Source: Anaerolineae bacterium (lineage in GTDB: Bacteria > Chloroflexota > Anaerolineae > Anaerolineales > UBA4823). Taken from it: DNA of 64,000 nt. The notes below the pieces were generated by a model. The model was not told where the DNA came from and made no database searches. It saw only the letters and a list, made by a program, of their open reading frames with translations. Positions 38,680 through 48,218 of this stretch are shown piece after piece; position 1 is the first letter of the stretch, and each line of letters opens with the position of its first letter. The DNA lies in the NCBI GenBank assembly GCA_003327455.1, contig QOQU01000002.1:231963-295962 (forward strand). The letters are read 5' to 3'. Made by a program: the position numbers and the translations under genes.

Positions 38680-40134
38680 TTACCATAAAGCCTTTGCGCC
38701 AAGTGTTCCGATATCAAACCAGGGAGCTGCAATGATACCCATGACGATTACTCCAATGCATAGAACAGCCAGAGCAAGCAAACTTGCCTGTGGAACGGCT
38801 ACAGGGATATGCTCCTCTTCCGATCGATAAAGGTAAACCACTTTCAGAACTGTCAAATAGTAGTACAACCCCACAATAGAGTTCAATACACCGATCACTG
38901 CTAAGCCGATTAAGCCGCGTTGAACTGCAGCAGCAAAAACCGTAAACTTGATGACAAAACCGCCAAAAGGTGGCATACCAGCCAGAGACAAAAATGCCAC
39001 CAGCATCATCATCGCTAACCACGGGGAACGACGACTTAAACCGGCAAAAGAAGCAATCTCACTGGAGCCACTGGTCTTTTCAAATACGGATACTGTTCCA
39101 AACGCTGCCAGATTGGTTAGCAAATACACTATCAGGTAGAAGATCACGCTTGTTGCACCTAACTCAGAAACGGCTACGAAACCGATCAACGCATATCCAG
39201 CATGAGCAATCGATGAATACGCTAATAACCGCTTGATATCTTTCTGTGCAAGCGCCAGAAGATTACCAACGGTCATGGTAGCAATTGAGACGCCCGTCAT
39301 GATATATACCCAATAGGGTTGAATTTCTGGAAAACCAACCCAGAGCACCCGTACCAACACAGCAAAACCAGCCGCCTTTGAGGCAGTGGAAAGGAAACCA
39401 GCAATCGGAGTTGGCGCTCCGCTATATACATCTGGCGCCCAAAAATGGAACGGGAAAGCAGAAATTTTGAATGCAAAACCCACCAGAATAAACGCCAACA
39501 CACCATAAAGAAGGAAGGGTGAAAGTTGATTCTGGGCAACCTGATTGACCAGCTCATAAAGGTTGGTCGTACCCGCTAACCCAAAGAGATAACTGAAGCC
39601 AAACAGCATAATTGCCGAGGTCATCGCCCCAAAGAGTAAGTACTTAAATCCTGCTTCGGTTGATTTATCATCCTCTTTATAAAAACCAGCCAACACATAA
39701 AGCGGGATGGATGTAGTTTCGATTGCCAGGTAGAGCATGATCACATCCGCTGCAGAAGCCATGAGACACATGCCCAGGGTGGATACCAGCATCAATACAT
39801 AAAAATCTCCCCGCTGACCAATTTTTTCCAGATTGCTGCTGAATAAGGCTGTCATTGCTGCCCCAAACATGAAGAGCAGGCTGAAGACAAACCCCAGATG
39901 ATCGAAGCGAATCAGGTTGCCCCAGACAAACTGTGTCTGCTGAGATGGGACTGCTACAATTAAACTTACCACGATGCCCAGGAGAAGTCCTATAGCGGTC
40001 ACCCAACCTAATACCCGGTGTTGATCTTTTGGCAGAGCCAGGTCAAGGATAAGAACCAGGGAAGCTAAAACAAAGATCCATAACTCTGGCAATATTGCCA
40101 GGAACATCGTCGCATTGAAGACCGAGCCACTCAC
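38680..40134 (-). CDS. nuoN: NADH-quinone oxidoreductase subunit N
   Basis: This antiporter-like subunit carries the motif HFWAPDVYSGAPTPIAGFLS. The GTG start has a GGGAGGTG Shine-Dalgarno and lies directly after the nuoM stop. Confidence 0.9.
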   Translation of the reverse strand: MSGSVFNATMFLAILPELWIFVLASLVLILDLALPKDQHRVLGWVTAIGLLLGIVVSLIVAVPSQQTQFVWGNLIRFDHLGFVFSLLFMFGAAMTALFSSNLEKIGQRGDFYVLMLVSTLGMCLMASAADVIMLYLAIETTSIPLYVLAGFYKEDDKSTEAGFKYLLFGAMTSAIMLFGFSYLFGLAGTTNLYELVNQVAQNQLSPFLLYGVLAFILVGFAFKISAFPFHFWAPDVYSGAPTPIAGFLSTASKAAGFAVLVRVLWVGFPEIQPYWVYIMTGVSIATMTVGNLLALAQKDIKRLLAYSSIAHAGYALIGFVAVSELGATSVIFYLIVYLLTNLAAFGTVSVFEKTSGSSEIASFAGLSRRSPWLAMMMLVAFLSLAGMPPFGGFVIKFTVFAAAVQRGLIGLAVIGVLNSIVGLYYYLTVLKVVYLYRSEEEHIPVAVPQASLLALAVLCIGVIVMGIIAAPWFDIGTLGAKALW

Positions 40135-41607
40135 TTAGGCACCTCCCAAAAGGCGAAGTATTTGCTCCACCCCACTTTGAACGAGCGGAACCATCCAACC
40201 GGGAAATACACCCAGGGCAATTAAGATAAACGATAAGAAAACCAACGCAATTTTGTCTAGAACATTTACGTCGTGTACATGTCCTTCGAACTCTTGGGGC
40301 ATTTTGCCATAAAATACACGTCCCACAACGCGGATGATATACGATGCGGTGATCACAATCGAAATCGCTGCAATAATCGCAATCAACGGATAACTCTTCC
40401 ACACCCCCATAAAGATCGGAAACTCGGCGATAAACCCTGAAAATCCAGGCATTCCCATCGAGACCAAACCGCCAATAATAAAGGCGATTGCCACCATCGG
40501 CATCACCTTGCGAAAACCACCCAGCTTTGGAATTTCACGCGTATGCGCCTGATCATAGACCATTCCAACCACAGCAAAGAAGAGAGCCGTCATCACACCA
40601 TGCGAAAACATCTGGATGCCTGAACCGATAAAGCCTTCTCTGGTCAGGGTAGCAAAACCCATCAAGACCAAACCCATATGGGAGACCGAAGAGAAACCAA
40701 TAACATACTTAAAGTCTGTCTGGACACTGGCTATAAATGCACCATAGACCACATTGACGAGGGTCAATAAGATGATCCACCCCATGTGAAACTTGGCTCC
40801 TTCAGGCAACAGCATTAAGCCAACCCGTAAGGCTGCAAATGCGCCAAGTTTCATCAGCACACCCGCATGGAACATAGACACAGCCGTAGGTGCTGCTACG
40901 TGACCATCTGGACTCCAGTTGTGGAATGGGAAAATGCCACCCAGAACTCCAAAGCCAATAAACACAAAGGGGAACCATAAAATTTGAAACTCACGCGAAA
41001 AGCCGGCTTTCTCCAGTTCCAACATATCAAAGGTGCCCAGTCCGGCAGTAAAGTACATCGCCAGCGCCCCGACTAAGGCAATCACCGAACCAACAAACAA
41101 ATATAAAGTAAGTTTCATTGCAGCATATTCGCGAGTTTCCTTCCATCCCCAGATTGCGATCAGCAAATACATTGGAAAGACGGCAATCTCATAAAAGAAA
41201 AACAACATAAATAAGTCAAGCGAAACAAATACGCCAAATACCCCTGTTGCCAGGATGAAAAGAAAGGTAAAAAACTCCCGCGGTCGATCATCGATTCCCC
41301 AGGAAATTAAGACCCCGGTGAACATCACCACACCGGTTAACAAGACTAGTGGTGCGTTCATGCCATCTAAACCAACTTTGTAAGAAATTCCCAAAGCCGG
41401 GATCCAACTCACCTGTTCGACAAATTGATAACCACCCACCCCAACATCATAAGCGAAATAAGCCCAAATGGATAGAACCAGGGCAAATGAGGCGGCTGCC
41501 AGAGCGGCTACTCTTACCTCACTTTTTCGCTCTTCGGGGATTAAGAAAATAATTAATGCTGCTACAATCGGCGTAAATACAATAAAGGATAAAATCGGAA
41601 ATTGCAT
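40135..41607 (-). CDS. nuoM: NADH-quinone oxidoreductase subunit M (divergent second copy)
   Basis: This antiporter-like subunit carries HNWSPDGHVAAPTAVSMFHAGVLMKLG. It is clearly diverged from the upstream copy. Confidence 0.85.
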   Translation of the reverse strand: MQFPILSFIVFTPIVAALIIFLIPEERKSEVRVAALAAASFALVLSIWAYFAYDVGVGGYQFVEQVSWIPALGISYKVGLDGMNAPLVLLTGVVMFTGVLISWGIDDRPREFFTFLFILATGVFGVFVSLDLFMLFFFYEIAVFPMYLLIAIWGWKETREYAAMKLTLYLFVGSVIALVGALAMYFTAGLGTFDMLELEKAGFSREFQILWFPFVFIGFGVLGGIFPFHNWSPDGHVAAPTAVSMFHAGVLMKLGAFAALRVGLMLLPEGAKFHMGWIILLTLVNVVYGAFIASVQTDFKYVIGFSSVSHMGLVLMGFATLTREGFIGSGIQMFSHGVMTALFFAVVGMVYDQAHTREIPKLGGFRKVMPMVAIAFIIGGLVSMGMPGFSGFIAEFPIFMGVWKSYPLIAIIAAISIVITASYIIRVVGRVFYGKMPQEFEGHVHDVNVLDKIALVFLSFILIALGVFPGWMVPLVQSGVEQILRLLGGA

Positions 41608-41643
41608 TCTTCACCTCTGGCTTTGTTGCACTAGGTTTATCCC

Positions 41644-43194
41644 TTAAGATAACAGAGCGATCACTGCTCGATTGATGACATCCAAAATCCAGGCTGGCCA
41701 GACACCAATCCAAAGCATCAGTATCATCAAAGGAGCAATGACAAAAATCTCTCTCGGATTAATTTCCGTGAGATGTCCAATCCACTTCTCGTTCAGCGGC
41801 CCGTGAAGTACTTGCTTAATCCCTTTGAGAATATACGCACCGGTAAACAATAACCCGATCATCGCCAGGGCAGTATATAGGGTAAAGATGGGCCAACTAC
41901 CTCGCACAACTAAAAACTCGGAAATAAAACCATTGAGTCCTGGCAGCCCAAGCGAGGCCATCGATGTAAAGATTAAAATGCCTCCGTAAACCGGCACCAA
42001 TGGGAAAAGACCTCCATACTCATTTAAATCTCGGGTATGGGTGCGCTCGTATATCACGCCAACTAAAAAGAACATACCGGCTGCCGACAAACCATGGTTG
42101 AACATTTGCAAGACAGCACCATTCAAAGCAATCGTTGCATTTTCACCACCCATAGCGTAGGCTGCTGCAGCAATTCCCAATACCACGAACCCCATGTGGT
42201 TGACTGAGGAGTAAGCGACTAAACGTTTGAAATCCGTTTGTCCAAAGGATGCAAAAGCGCCAAAAATAATTGCCATTACCGCCAGGAAAGCCAAAGCCGG
42301 TGCATAGCGTTGAGCTTCCACAGGATAAAGCGGTAACACAAGGCGCAAGAAGCCAAATGCACCCAGCTTCAACAAAACACCTGCCAGGATCATTGATCCT
42401 GCAGTTGGGGCTTCGGTATGCGCATCTGGCAGCCAGGTATGGAACGGCCACACTGGCACCTTGATCGCAAAGGCAATGGTGAACGCCCAAAACGCAATCG
42501 CTTTTACCACCGAAATATCCAAACCGAATAAACTCTTATCCAGGCTTGTCCAGCGCTCGAATAAGGTCGGAATATCAAAAGTGCCCGCAACAACCCCGAT
42601 CATCTGAATAGCTAATAACAAACCCAATGACCCTGCCATGGTATAGATCATGAACTTAAAAGAGGCGTATGTGCGTGCCGGCACCTTAAGGCCTCCCCAT
42701 ATCTCCCGTTCACCTTTCTCACTACCCCACTGGTTGATCAGGAAATACATCGGCACCAGACCAAACTCCCAGAAGACGAAGAAAATCAATAGATCAAGTG
42801 CGAGGAAGACCCCCAACATCCCTAACTCCAGCAGGAAGAAAAGGATCATATAGGATTTGATATTATCTTTGATGCTAAACGAAGCCAAAATTGCCAGCGG
42901 GGTAAGTAATGTGGTGAGCAATACCATACTTAAGGCAATGCCATCGACTCCCACATGATAGGAAGAATTGATCGCCTCATACCAGACAAATTGCTCAACA
43001 AATTGAAAACCGGCTGCATTTTTATCAAACATGAACCACAAAGCCACCGAGAACCCCAGAGGAATTAAACTCAATACAAAAGAGACCCATTTCAGCAATT
43101 TTTCCTGATTCTCGGGGAGAAAAAACAGGATTGCAGCCGCAAACACCGGAGAAAAGAGAATTATGGACAGGATATGGTCAGTAAAAAAGTTCAT
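41644..43194 (-). CDS. nuoM: NADH-quinone oxidoreductase subunit M
   Basis: Carries the canonical NuoM motif HTWLPDAHTEAPTAGSMILAGVLLKLG. Confidence 0.9.
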   Translation of the reverse strand: MNFFTDHILSIILFSPVFAAAILFFLPENQEKLLKWVSFVLSLIPLGFSVALWFMFDKNAAGFQFVEQFVWYEAINSSYHVGVDGIALSMVLLTTLLTPLAILASFSIKDNIKSYMILFFLLELGMLGVFLALDLLIFFVFWEFGLVPMYFLINQWGSEKGEREIWGGLKVPARTYASFKFMIYTMAGSLGLLLAIQMIGVVAGTFDIPTLFERWTSLDKSLFGLDISVVKAIAFWAFTIAFAIKVPVWPFHTWLPDAHTEAPTAGSMILAGVLLKLGAFGFLRLVLPLYPVEAQRYAPALAFLAVMAIIFGAFASFGQTDFKRLVAYSSVNHMGFVVLGIAAAAYAMGGENATIALNGAVLQMFNHGLSAAGMFFLVGVIYERTHTRDLNEYGGLFPLVPVYGGILIFTSMASLGLPGLNGFISEFLVVRGSWPIFTLYTALAMIGLLFTGAYILKGIKQVLHGPLNEKWIGHLTEINPREIFVIAPLMILMLWIGVWPAWILDVINRAVIALLS

Positions 43195-43216
43195 ACTACT
43201 CTCCTACCTGATCATG

Positions 43217-45403
43217 CTATTGCATGCCCATTCGTTGGATAATGAGATAGAACAACCCACTCAATGCAATAAAGCCGAATAACGCCATAATCATATATTG
43301 TTGAATGCGTCCGGTTTGAATAACGCGCAGCGAGCGGCCAGTTGACTTTGTCACATCGGCTACCAGATCTCCAGAGCCATTGACCACAGGTTTATCGATA
43401 TAGTTACGCAGGAATGCCCCGACTCTGATCGACACATCTGCGACAAAGTGAAGAATGCCATCAATGATCTTTCGGTCAATCCACAAATACGTGAATACTT
43501 CTGACAACCAAACCGATGGACGGATAAAGATCAACTGATACAACTCATCGAAGTAGTATTTATTCTTCAACACAGGGTATATTCCACCCAGTGCTCTCTC
43601 TAAAGGATCAGTTTGACCCGCTTTGAGATTGCGGTAAACCAGCCATCCCAGATAGAGGCCACCAAGCGCCACAAGAATTGAAGTGAGTAACGGGATGGGA
43701 TTAAATTCAACGTCTTTGGGCTTTTCCAGCAACGTCTCGCCCACAAATTCATGGAACCAATTGGGAACCATTCCACCGATAATCGGGAAATGCTCCGGAA
43801 TTCCTACCCAGCCAGCCGAGACAGCAAAGATCGCCAGAATGATTAAGGGAACGGTCATCGTCCATGCAGTCTCCTGGGCATGTTCTGCAGCTTTCGAGCG
43901 AGGCTCACCGAGAAACGTCAGGGTGATCTGACGCATCGTATAAAAAGCCGTGAGTAAGGCGGCGAGGGCTAAGGTGATAAACACCCCATAATGGGCATGC
44001 CCAAAAGCATCGGCTAAGATCTCATCCTTTGACCAGAACCCAGCCGTTACCAGCGGAAATCCAGACAAAGCAAAACCACCGATCAGGAAGGTCCAGAAGG
44101 TGATTGGCATCTTTTTTCGCAATCCACCCATATTCATCATGTCTTGGGGATCAACATGGTCATCCGTATGCAAAACGCCGTGTTCCATCCCATGAATCAC
44201 AGACCCCGAACCCAAGAATAACAACGCTTTGAAGAATGCATGCGTAATCAGGTGGAAAGCTGCTGCGATATAGGCGCCAATGCCCAGCGCAGCTACCATA
44301 TAACCTAGCTGAGAAATGGTTGAATAGGCTAGCACCCTCTTAATGTCATTTTGGGCAACCGCGATTGTCGCTGCAAACAAAGCCGTCCCGGCTCCGATGA
44401 TGCTCATCACAATCATTGGCGCCGTTAATGCCCCATGATGACTGCCAGCGGATAACAGCGGGAAGATTCGAATCACCATATAAACACCCGCCGAGACCAT
44501 TGTCGCAGCATGGATCATTGCCGAGACAGGTGTGGGGCCTTCCATGGCATCCGGTAACCAAACGTGCAGGGGGAATTGTGCCGATTTTCCAACGGTTCCG
44601 ATAAACAACAAGATTCCAATCAACGCTGCTGCCGATAGCCCCGCAATATATGATGGAGTGGAGGCGAGGGTATCCAATACTTCCTGGTTATAAAGAATAG
44701 CGCGAAAACTGAGCGTACCTGTTTGTGAGTAGAGGTAAGCAATCCCCAACAGCATAAATACATCCCCCACCCGTGTTGTGATGAATGCCTTGATCATCGC
44801 TGCTCTGGCAGATGGCTTTCCATACCAGAAACCGATCAACAGATAAGAGCATAAACCCATAATCTCCCATCCTACAAAGAGGGTCAGGAGATTGTCAGAG
44901 ACCACCAGCAGGTACATTCCAAACGCAAAGAGACCAATAAAGGCAAAAAACCTTGAATACATCGGCTCGATCGAAGGAACCTTGTGTTTATGACCATGCT
45001 CATCGATCACCGTTGCTCCATGAGGAGGTAAGCCTTTTCGATCATGATCACCCTCAGGCTGCCCGTAGTTGTGATAACCCACGCTGTAGATAAAAATCAT
45101 CAAGATGGTCCAGGCGACAAAGAACAGGGTTGCCGCCCCCAATGGATCGATTAACACCCCTATCGAAAACCAACCCTCCCCCAATGGCAACCAGGGAATA
45201 CTCGATTGGAATGGATGCTTGCCCAATTCATGAGTCTGGATGGCACGCAGAAATACAACCATGCTACCCAGCCAGGAAAGAAATGCAGCCCCAACCGCAA
45301 TAGTATGACTAACGCCTCTGTAGCGATTGGTAAACAGAACAATCAGGAAAAATGCCAAAAGGGGAGGCAAAGGAATTAACCAGATTAATGTTTCCGTCGT
45401 CAT
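43217..45403 (-). CDS. nuoL: NADH-quinone oxidoreductase subunit L
   Basis: Contains HVWLPDAMEGPTPVSAMIHAATMVSAG and a long C-terminal region consistent with the lateral helix. The protein is 728 aa. Confidence 0.9.
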   Translation of the reverse strand: MTTETLIWLIPLPPLLAFFLIVLFTNRYRGVSHTIAVGAAFLSWLGSMVVFLRAIQTHELGKHPFQSSIPWLPLGEGWFSIGVLIDPLGAATLFFVAWTILMIFIYSVGYHNYGQPEGDHDRKGLPPHGATVIDEHGHKHKVPSIEPMYSRFFAFIGLFAFGMYLLVVSDNLLTLFVGWEIMGLCSYLLIGFWYGKPSARAAMIKAFITTRVGDVFMLLGIAYLYSQTGTLSFRAILYNQEVLDTLASTPSYIAGLSAAALIGILLFIGTVGKSAQFPLHVWLPDAMEGPTPVSAMIHAATMVSAGVYMVIRIFPLLSAGSHHGALTAPMIVMSIIGAGTALFAATIAVAQNDIKRVLAYSTISQLGYMVAALGIGAYIAAAFHLITHAFFKALLFLGSGSVIHGMEHGVLHTDDHVDPQDMMNMGGLRKKMPITFWTFLIGGFALSGFPLVTAGFWSKDEILADAFGHAHYGVFITLALAALLTAFYTMRQITLTFLGEPRSKAAEHAQETAWTMTVPLIILAIFAVSAGWVGIPEHFPIIGGMVPNWFHEFVGETLLEKPKDVEFNPIPLLTSILVALGGLYLGWLVYRNLKAGQTDPLERALGGIYPVLKNKYYFDELYQLIFIRPSVWLSEVFTYLWIDRKIIDGILHFVADVSIRVGAFLRNYIDKPVVNGSGDLVADVTKSTGRSLRVIQTGRIQQYMIMALFGFIALSGLFYLIIQRMGMQ

Positions 45404-45438
45404 TCATCCTCCATCCACACAGTACTCAACGTAACAAA

Positions 45439-45747
45439 TTAATATTTCAGCAGGTTGATGTCGTCGGCAACGATAGATTGACGTCGCCGATAGACAGAGA
45501 TTACCAGGGCTAATCCAACCGCAACTTCTGAAGCTGCAACGGCAAAGACAATTACTGCGAATACCTGTCCAGCCATCTGTTCAAACGATAAATATCGCCA
45601 AAATGCCAACAAATTAATGTTGACAGCATTAAGCATCAATTCCACCCCCATCAAGATCGCAACTGCATTCCTGCGACTCAAGACGCCAAAAAGTCCTATG
45701 CAGAATAAAGCCGCAGCAAAAATCAAGTACCATGATAGTGGGATCAT
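45439..45747 (-). CDS. nuoK: NADH-quinone oxidoreductase subunit K
   Basis: This ~100-aa protein has three TM helices (GVELMLNAVNINL...AAAEVAVGLAL). A GAGGAG Shine-Dalgarno precedes ATG 45747. Confidence 0.9.
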   Translation of the reverse strand: MIPLSWYLIFAAALFCIGLFGVLSRRNAVAILMGVELMLNAVNINLLAFWRYLSFEQMAGQVFAVIVFAVAASEVAVGLALVISVYRRRQSIVADDINLLKY

Positions 45748-45757
45748 ATTTTGCTCC

Positions 45758-46270
45758 TCATTTCTTATCCCAGGCAATGATGATCGCCCCAATCAATGCC
45801 GCTAAAAGCAAAATGGAGGCGATTTCAAAGGGAATCAAGTATTGATTTGCCGAAACCAAAGCCACACCGAGTTCTCGCAACGGGTCAAATCCTGCAGGGA
45901 AAGACTCCACCTGGCTGGCTGCTTTTCCCCACCTCTGAATAAAGAAAACGACCAAACTAAAAACGCCCAGGGCAATTACGGCCGCTATCGGCCACGTGGA
46001 ATTGATCTGCGGACCCGGGTCATGAGCTATACGCCGGGTCAGCATGATGGCAAAGATCATCAAAATGGCAATTGCTCCAATGTAGATGATGACCTGAGCC
46101 ACTGCAAAAAAGCCAGCTTCTAACAATACAAAGAGAATGGCAACGCCAAACAAGGTTAAGACTAACCATAGCGCTGCCCGCACCATGTTGCGAGTGGTCA
46201 CAACCATTAAGGCTGCGCCGAGGGTTATTGCACTCACGAGAATAAAGATTACCTGCAGGGGAGACATCAT
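45758..46270 (-). CDS. nuoJ: NADH-quinone oxidoreductase subunit J
   Basis: The membrane profile is NuoJ-like (AQVIIYIGAIAILMIFAIML). A GGAG Shine-Dalgarno precedes ATG 46270. Confidence 0.88.
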   Translation of the reverse strand: MMSPLQVIFILVSAITLGAALMVVTTRNMVRAALWLVLTLFGVAILFVLLEAGFFAVAQVIIYIGAIAILMIFAIMLTRRIAHDPGPQINSTWPIAAVIALGVFSLVVFFIQRWGKAASQVESFPAGFDPLRELGVALVSANQYLIPFEIASILLLAALIGAIIIAWDKK

Positions 46271-46284
46271 GACTTTCTCCAAAA

Positions 46285-47496
46285 TTAAGATGCTTGAGAA
46301 GAAGTGGAGGATCTTACCCGAAAATTAACTTTTACCTTTTCGGGGTCTGCTACCTTCTGCCGCTCCTTGCGAGCGTAGCGGCCTACGGCTTGATAAACAA
46401 AATAAAGGATCACAAGATTGCTAAACAACATCACAAGCACATAAACCCAATACGGTACACCGCTCATTAACTTGTCTAAAATTGCTGTAATGGACAGCAC
46501 CGTCAGGATCAAAGGAGTGAGGAACTTCCAGCAGAAATTGAGCATCTGGTCAATACGTACGCGCGGGAAAGAATATTTAATCCACATAATGACCCAATAC
46601 ATAAACATCGCCTTGATAAAGAAATAACCGATGCCCAAAATTGGATAAGTCTCCGCTCCCCAGCCTCTCCAACCACCCAGGAAGAAGGTCGCAAACAATC
46701 CCCCAAAGGTCAGGGCATGAAGTAATTCACCAGCATAAAACAATCCAAATTTCATGCCGGTATATTCAATGTGAAAGCCCGCTACAATCTCCGATTCGGC
46801 TTCAGAAAGATCAAACGGCGCTCTCCCCAGCTCAGCCTGCGCGCCGATCAAGAAAACCACCGCGGCAATCGGCGCTAAGACGATATACCACACGCTTTGG
46901 CTTTGCACAATATCTGCCAGAGACATGCTTTTCGCCAGGATGACTGGGATTAAGATGGCAATCACCATCGGCACCTCGTAAGAAATCATTTGTGCCACCA
47001 TGCGAAAGGCGCCTAACAAAGCGTACTTGTTATTCGAAGCCCAACCAGCCATAATAATTCCCAGCGTTCCAATGGCACCCACTGCAACGATATATAACGC
47101 CCCGACGTTTATCGTGCTACCCACCACGGTTACCGCAATCGGTATAACCGCCCAAAGAAGGATCACCGTTGCCAAAGCCAGAATGGGAGCAAGGTTATAG
47201 ACAAATTTATCTGCGCCTTGCGGGGTAATATCCTCTTTGAGCAATAGCTTAATGACATCTGCAATCGGCTGAAACAAGCCAAAGGGACCCAGACGATTAG
47301 GGCCGAGGCGATCCTGGAAGCGCGCAACAACCTTTCTCTCAACCCACACGAGAAAAATATCAACTAAAAGAACTGCCGCGGCGAGTACAACAACCCCCAA
47401 AGCTGCCATGATCACAGATATCCACTCGCTGGACAAACCCCAGCCAGCAAGAATACTTTCTAACCATTGCCCAATGAAAGTTACCGGATCAGCCAT
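46285..47496 (-). CDS. nuoH: NADH-quinone oxidoreductase subunit H
   Basis: Contains the motifs VERKVVARFQDRLGPNRLGPFGLFQPIADVIKLL and RAPFDLSEAESEIVAGFHIEY. Confidence 0.93.
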   Translation of the reverse strand: MADPVTFIGQWLESILAGWGLSSEWISVIMAALGVVVLAAAVLLVDIFLVWVERKVVARFQDRLGPNRLGPFGLFQPIADVIKLLLKEDITPQGADKFVYNLAPILALATVILLWAVIPIAVTVVGSTINVGALYIVAVGAIGTLGIIMAGWASNNKYALLGAFRMVAQMISYEVPMVIAILIPVILAKSMSLADIVQSQSVWYIVLAPIAAVVFLIGAQAELGRAPFDLSEAESEIVAGFHIEYTGMKFGLFYAGELLHALTFGGLFATFFLGGWRGWGAETYPILGIGYFFIKAMFMYWVIMWIKYSFPRVRIDQMLNFCWKFLTPLILTVLSITAILDKLMSGVPYWVYVLVMLFSNLVILYFVYQAVGRYARKERQKVADPEKVKVNFRVRSSTSSQAS

Positions 47497-47545
47497 GGAA
47501 AAATTCCTCCAAATTACTTGCTTCTTTGTTAATAATCAGGCGCGC

Positions 47546-47578
47546 GAAAAGGCTGATGAGTTTTCCATCAGCCTTTTC
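47546..47578. other. Perfect 13-bp hairpin in the 91-nt nuoA-nuoH spacer
   Basis: GAAAAGGCTGATG pairs with CATCAGCCTTTTC around a 7-nt loop. No clear U-tract follows the stem on the minus strand. Confidence 0.5.
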
Positions 47579-47587
47579 GATTATTAT

Positions 47588-47944
47588 TTAGAACCATTCT
47601 AAAATCCCCTTGCGCCAAGCATAAATTAACCCGATTACCAGAACTTCAATAAAGAGGATGCCTACAATCACACCATACAGGGGAAGTTGATTAAATGCCA
47701 CAGCCCAAGGGAATAAAAACACAATTTCAACATCAAAAACAAGAAAAACCAGGGCGAAGTTATAATATTGAGCCTTGAATTGAACCCATGTATCTCCGAC
47801 CGTTTCAATACCACATTCGTAGGTTTGAGATTTGAGAGGGCTCGGTTTCTTGGGAGCTAAGATCCTGGGTATGAGAATAGCGCCAATTGGGAAAATCGGA
47901 GCAATGACAAGCATCAGTCCAATGAATAACCAATCACTTAGCAT
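47588..47944 (-). CDS. nuoA: NADH-quinone oxidoreductase subunit A
   Basis: Contains YECGIETVGD...FDVEIVFLFPWA. A GGTGGAGGAA Shine-Dalgarno precedes ATG 47944; the track's TTG at 47971 is unlikely. Confidence 0.9.
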   Translation of the reverse strand: MLSDWLFIGLMLVIAPIFPIGAILIPRILAPKKPSPLKSQTYECGIETVGDTWVQFKAQYYNFALVFLVFDVEIVFLFPWAVAFNQLPLYGVIVGILFIEVLVIGLIYAWRKGILEWF

Positions 47945-47983
47945 AAATGTTCCTCCACCTTTTTTGGTCAAAATGACGGGGAC

Positions 47984-48012
47984 ATTTTACCACACTCTTA
48001 ATGCGATTTCAA
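47984..48012 (-). promoter_or_regulatory. Promoter for the nuo operon (TTGAAA-17-TGgTAAAAT)
   Basis: On the minus strand, the -35 is at 48007-48012 and the extended -10 is at 47984-47992. It lies about 40 nt upstream of the nuoA ATG. Confidence 0.5.
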
Positions 48013-48218
48013 ATTTTTCGGCTATCAACTATTAGGTTTTCTTATCGTTTTAAGAAGCAAATCAAAAGAAATTGAACGATGAGTTGAGGCGACTGCTTCT
48101 AAGAACAGATTTGTCCAAAAACCCAGTACAGTCAAGAAGGTCATGGTACAACCAGTTGGCTCGGACAGACCACCTCTGAAGCGGTTCATAACTGTTGAAA
48201 TAATGCTAGAATAAAATT

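Noticed and set aside
40135-43194. Two adjacent nuoM genes as a possible assembly duplication
   Set aside because: The two copies are strongly diverged at both the protein and DNA level (e.g. HTWLPDAHTEAPT versus HNWSPDGHVAAPT) and differ in length, so they are genuine paralogs.
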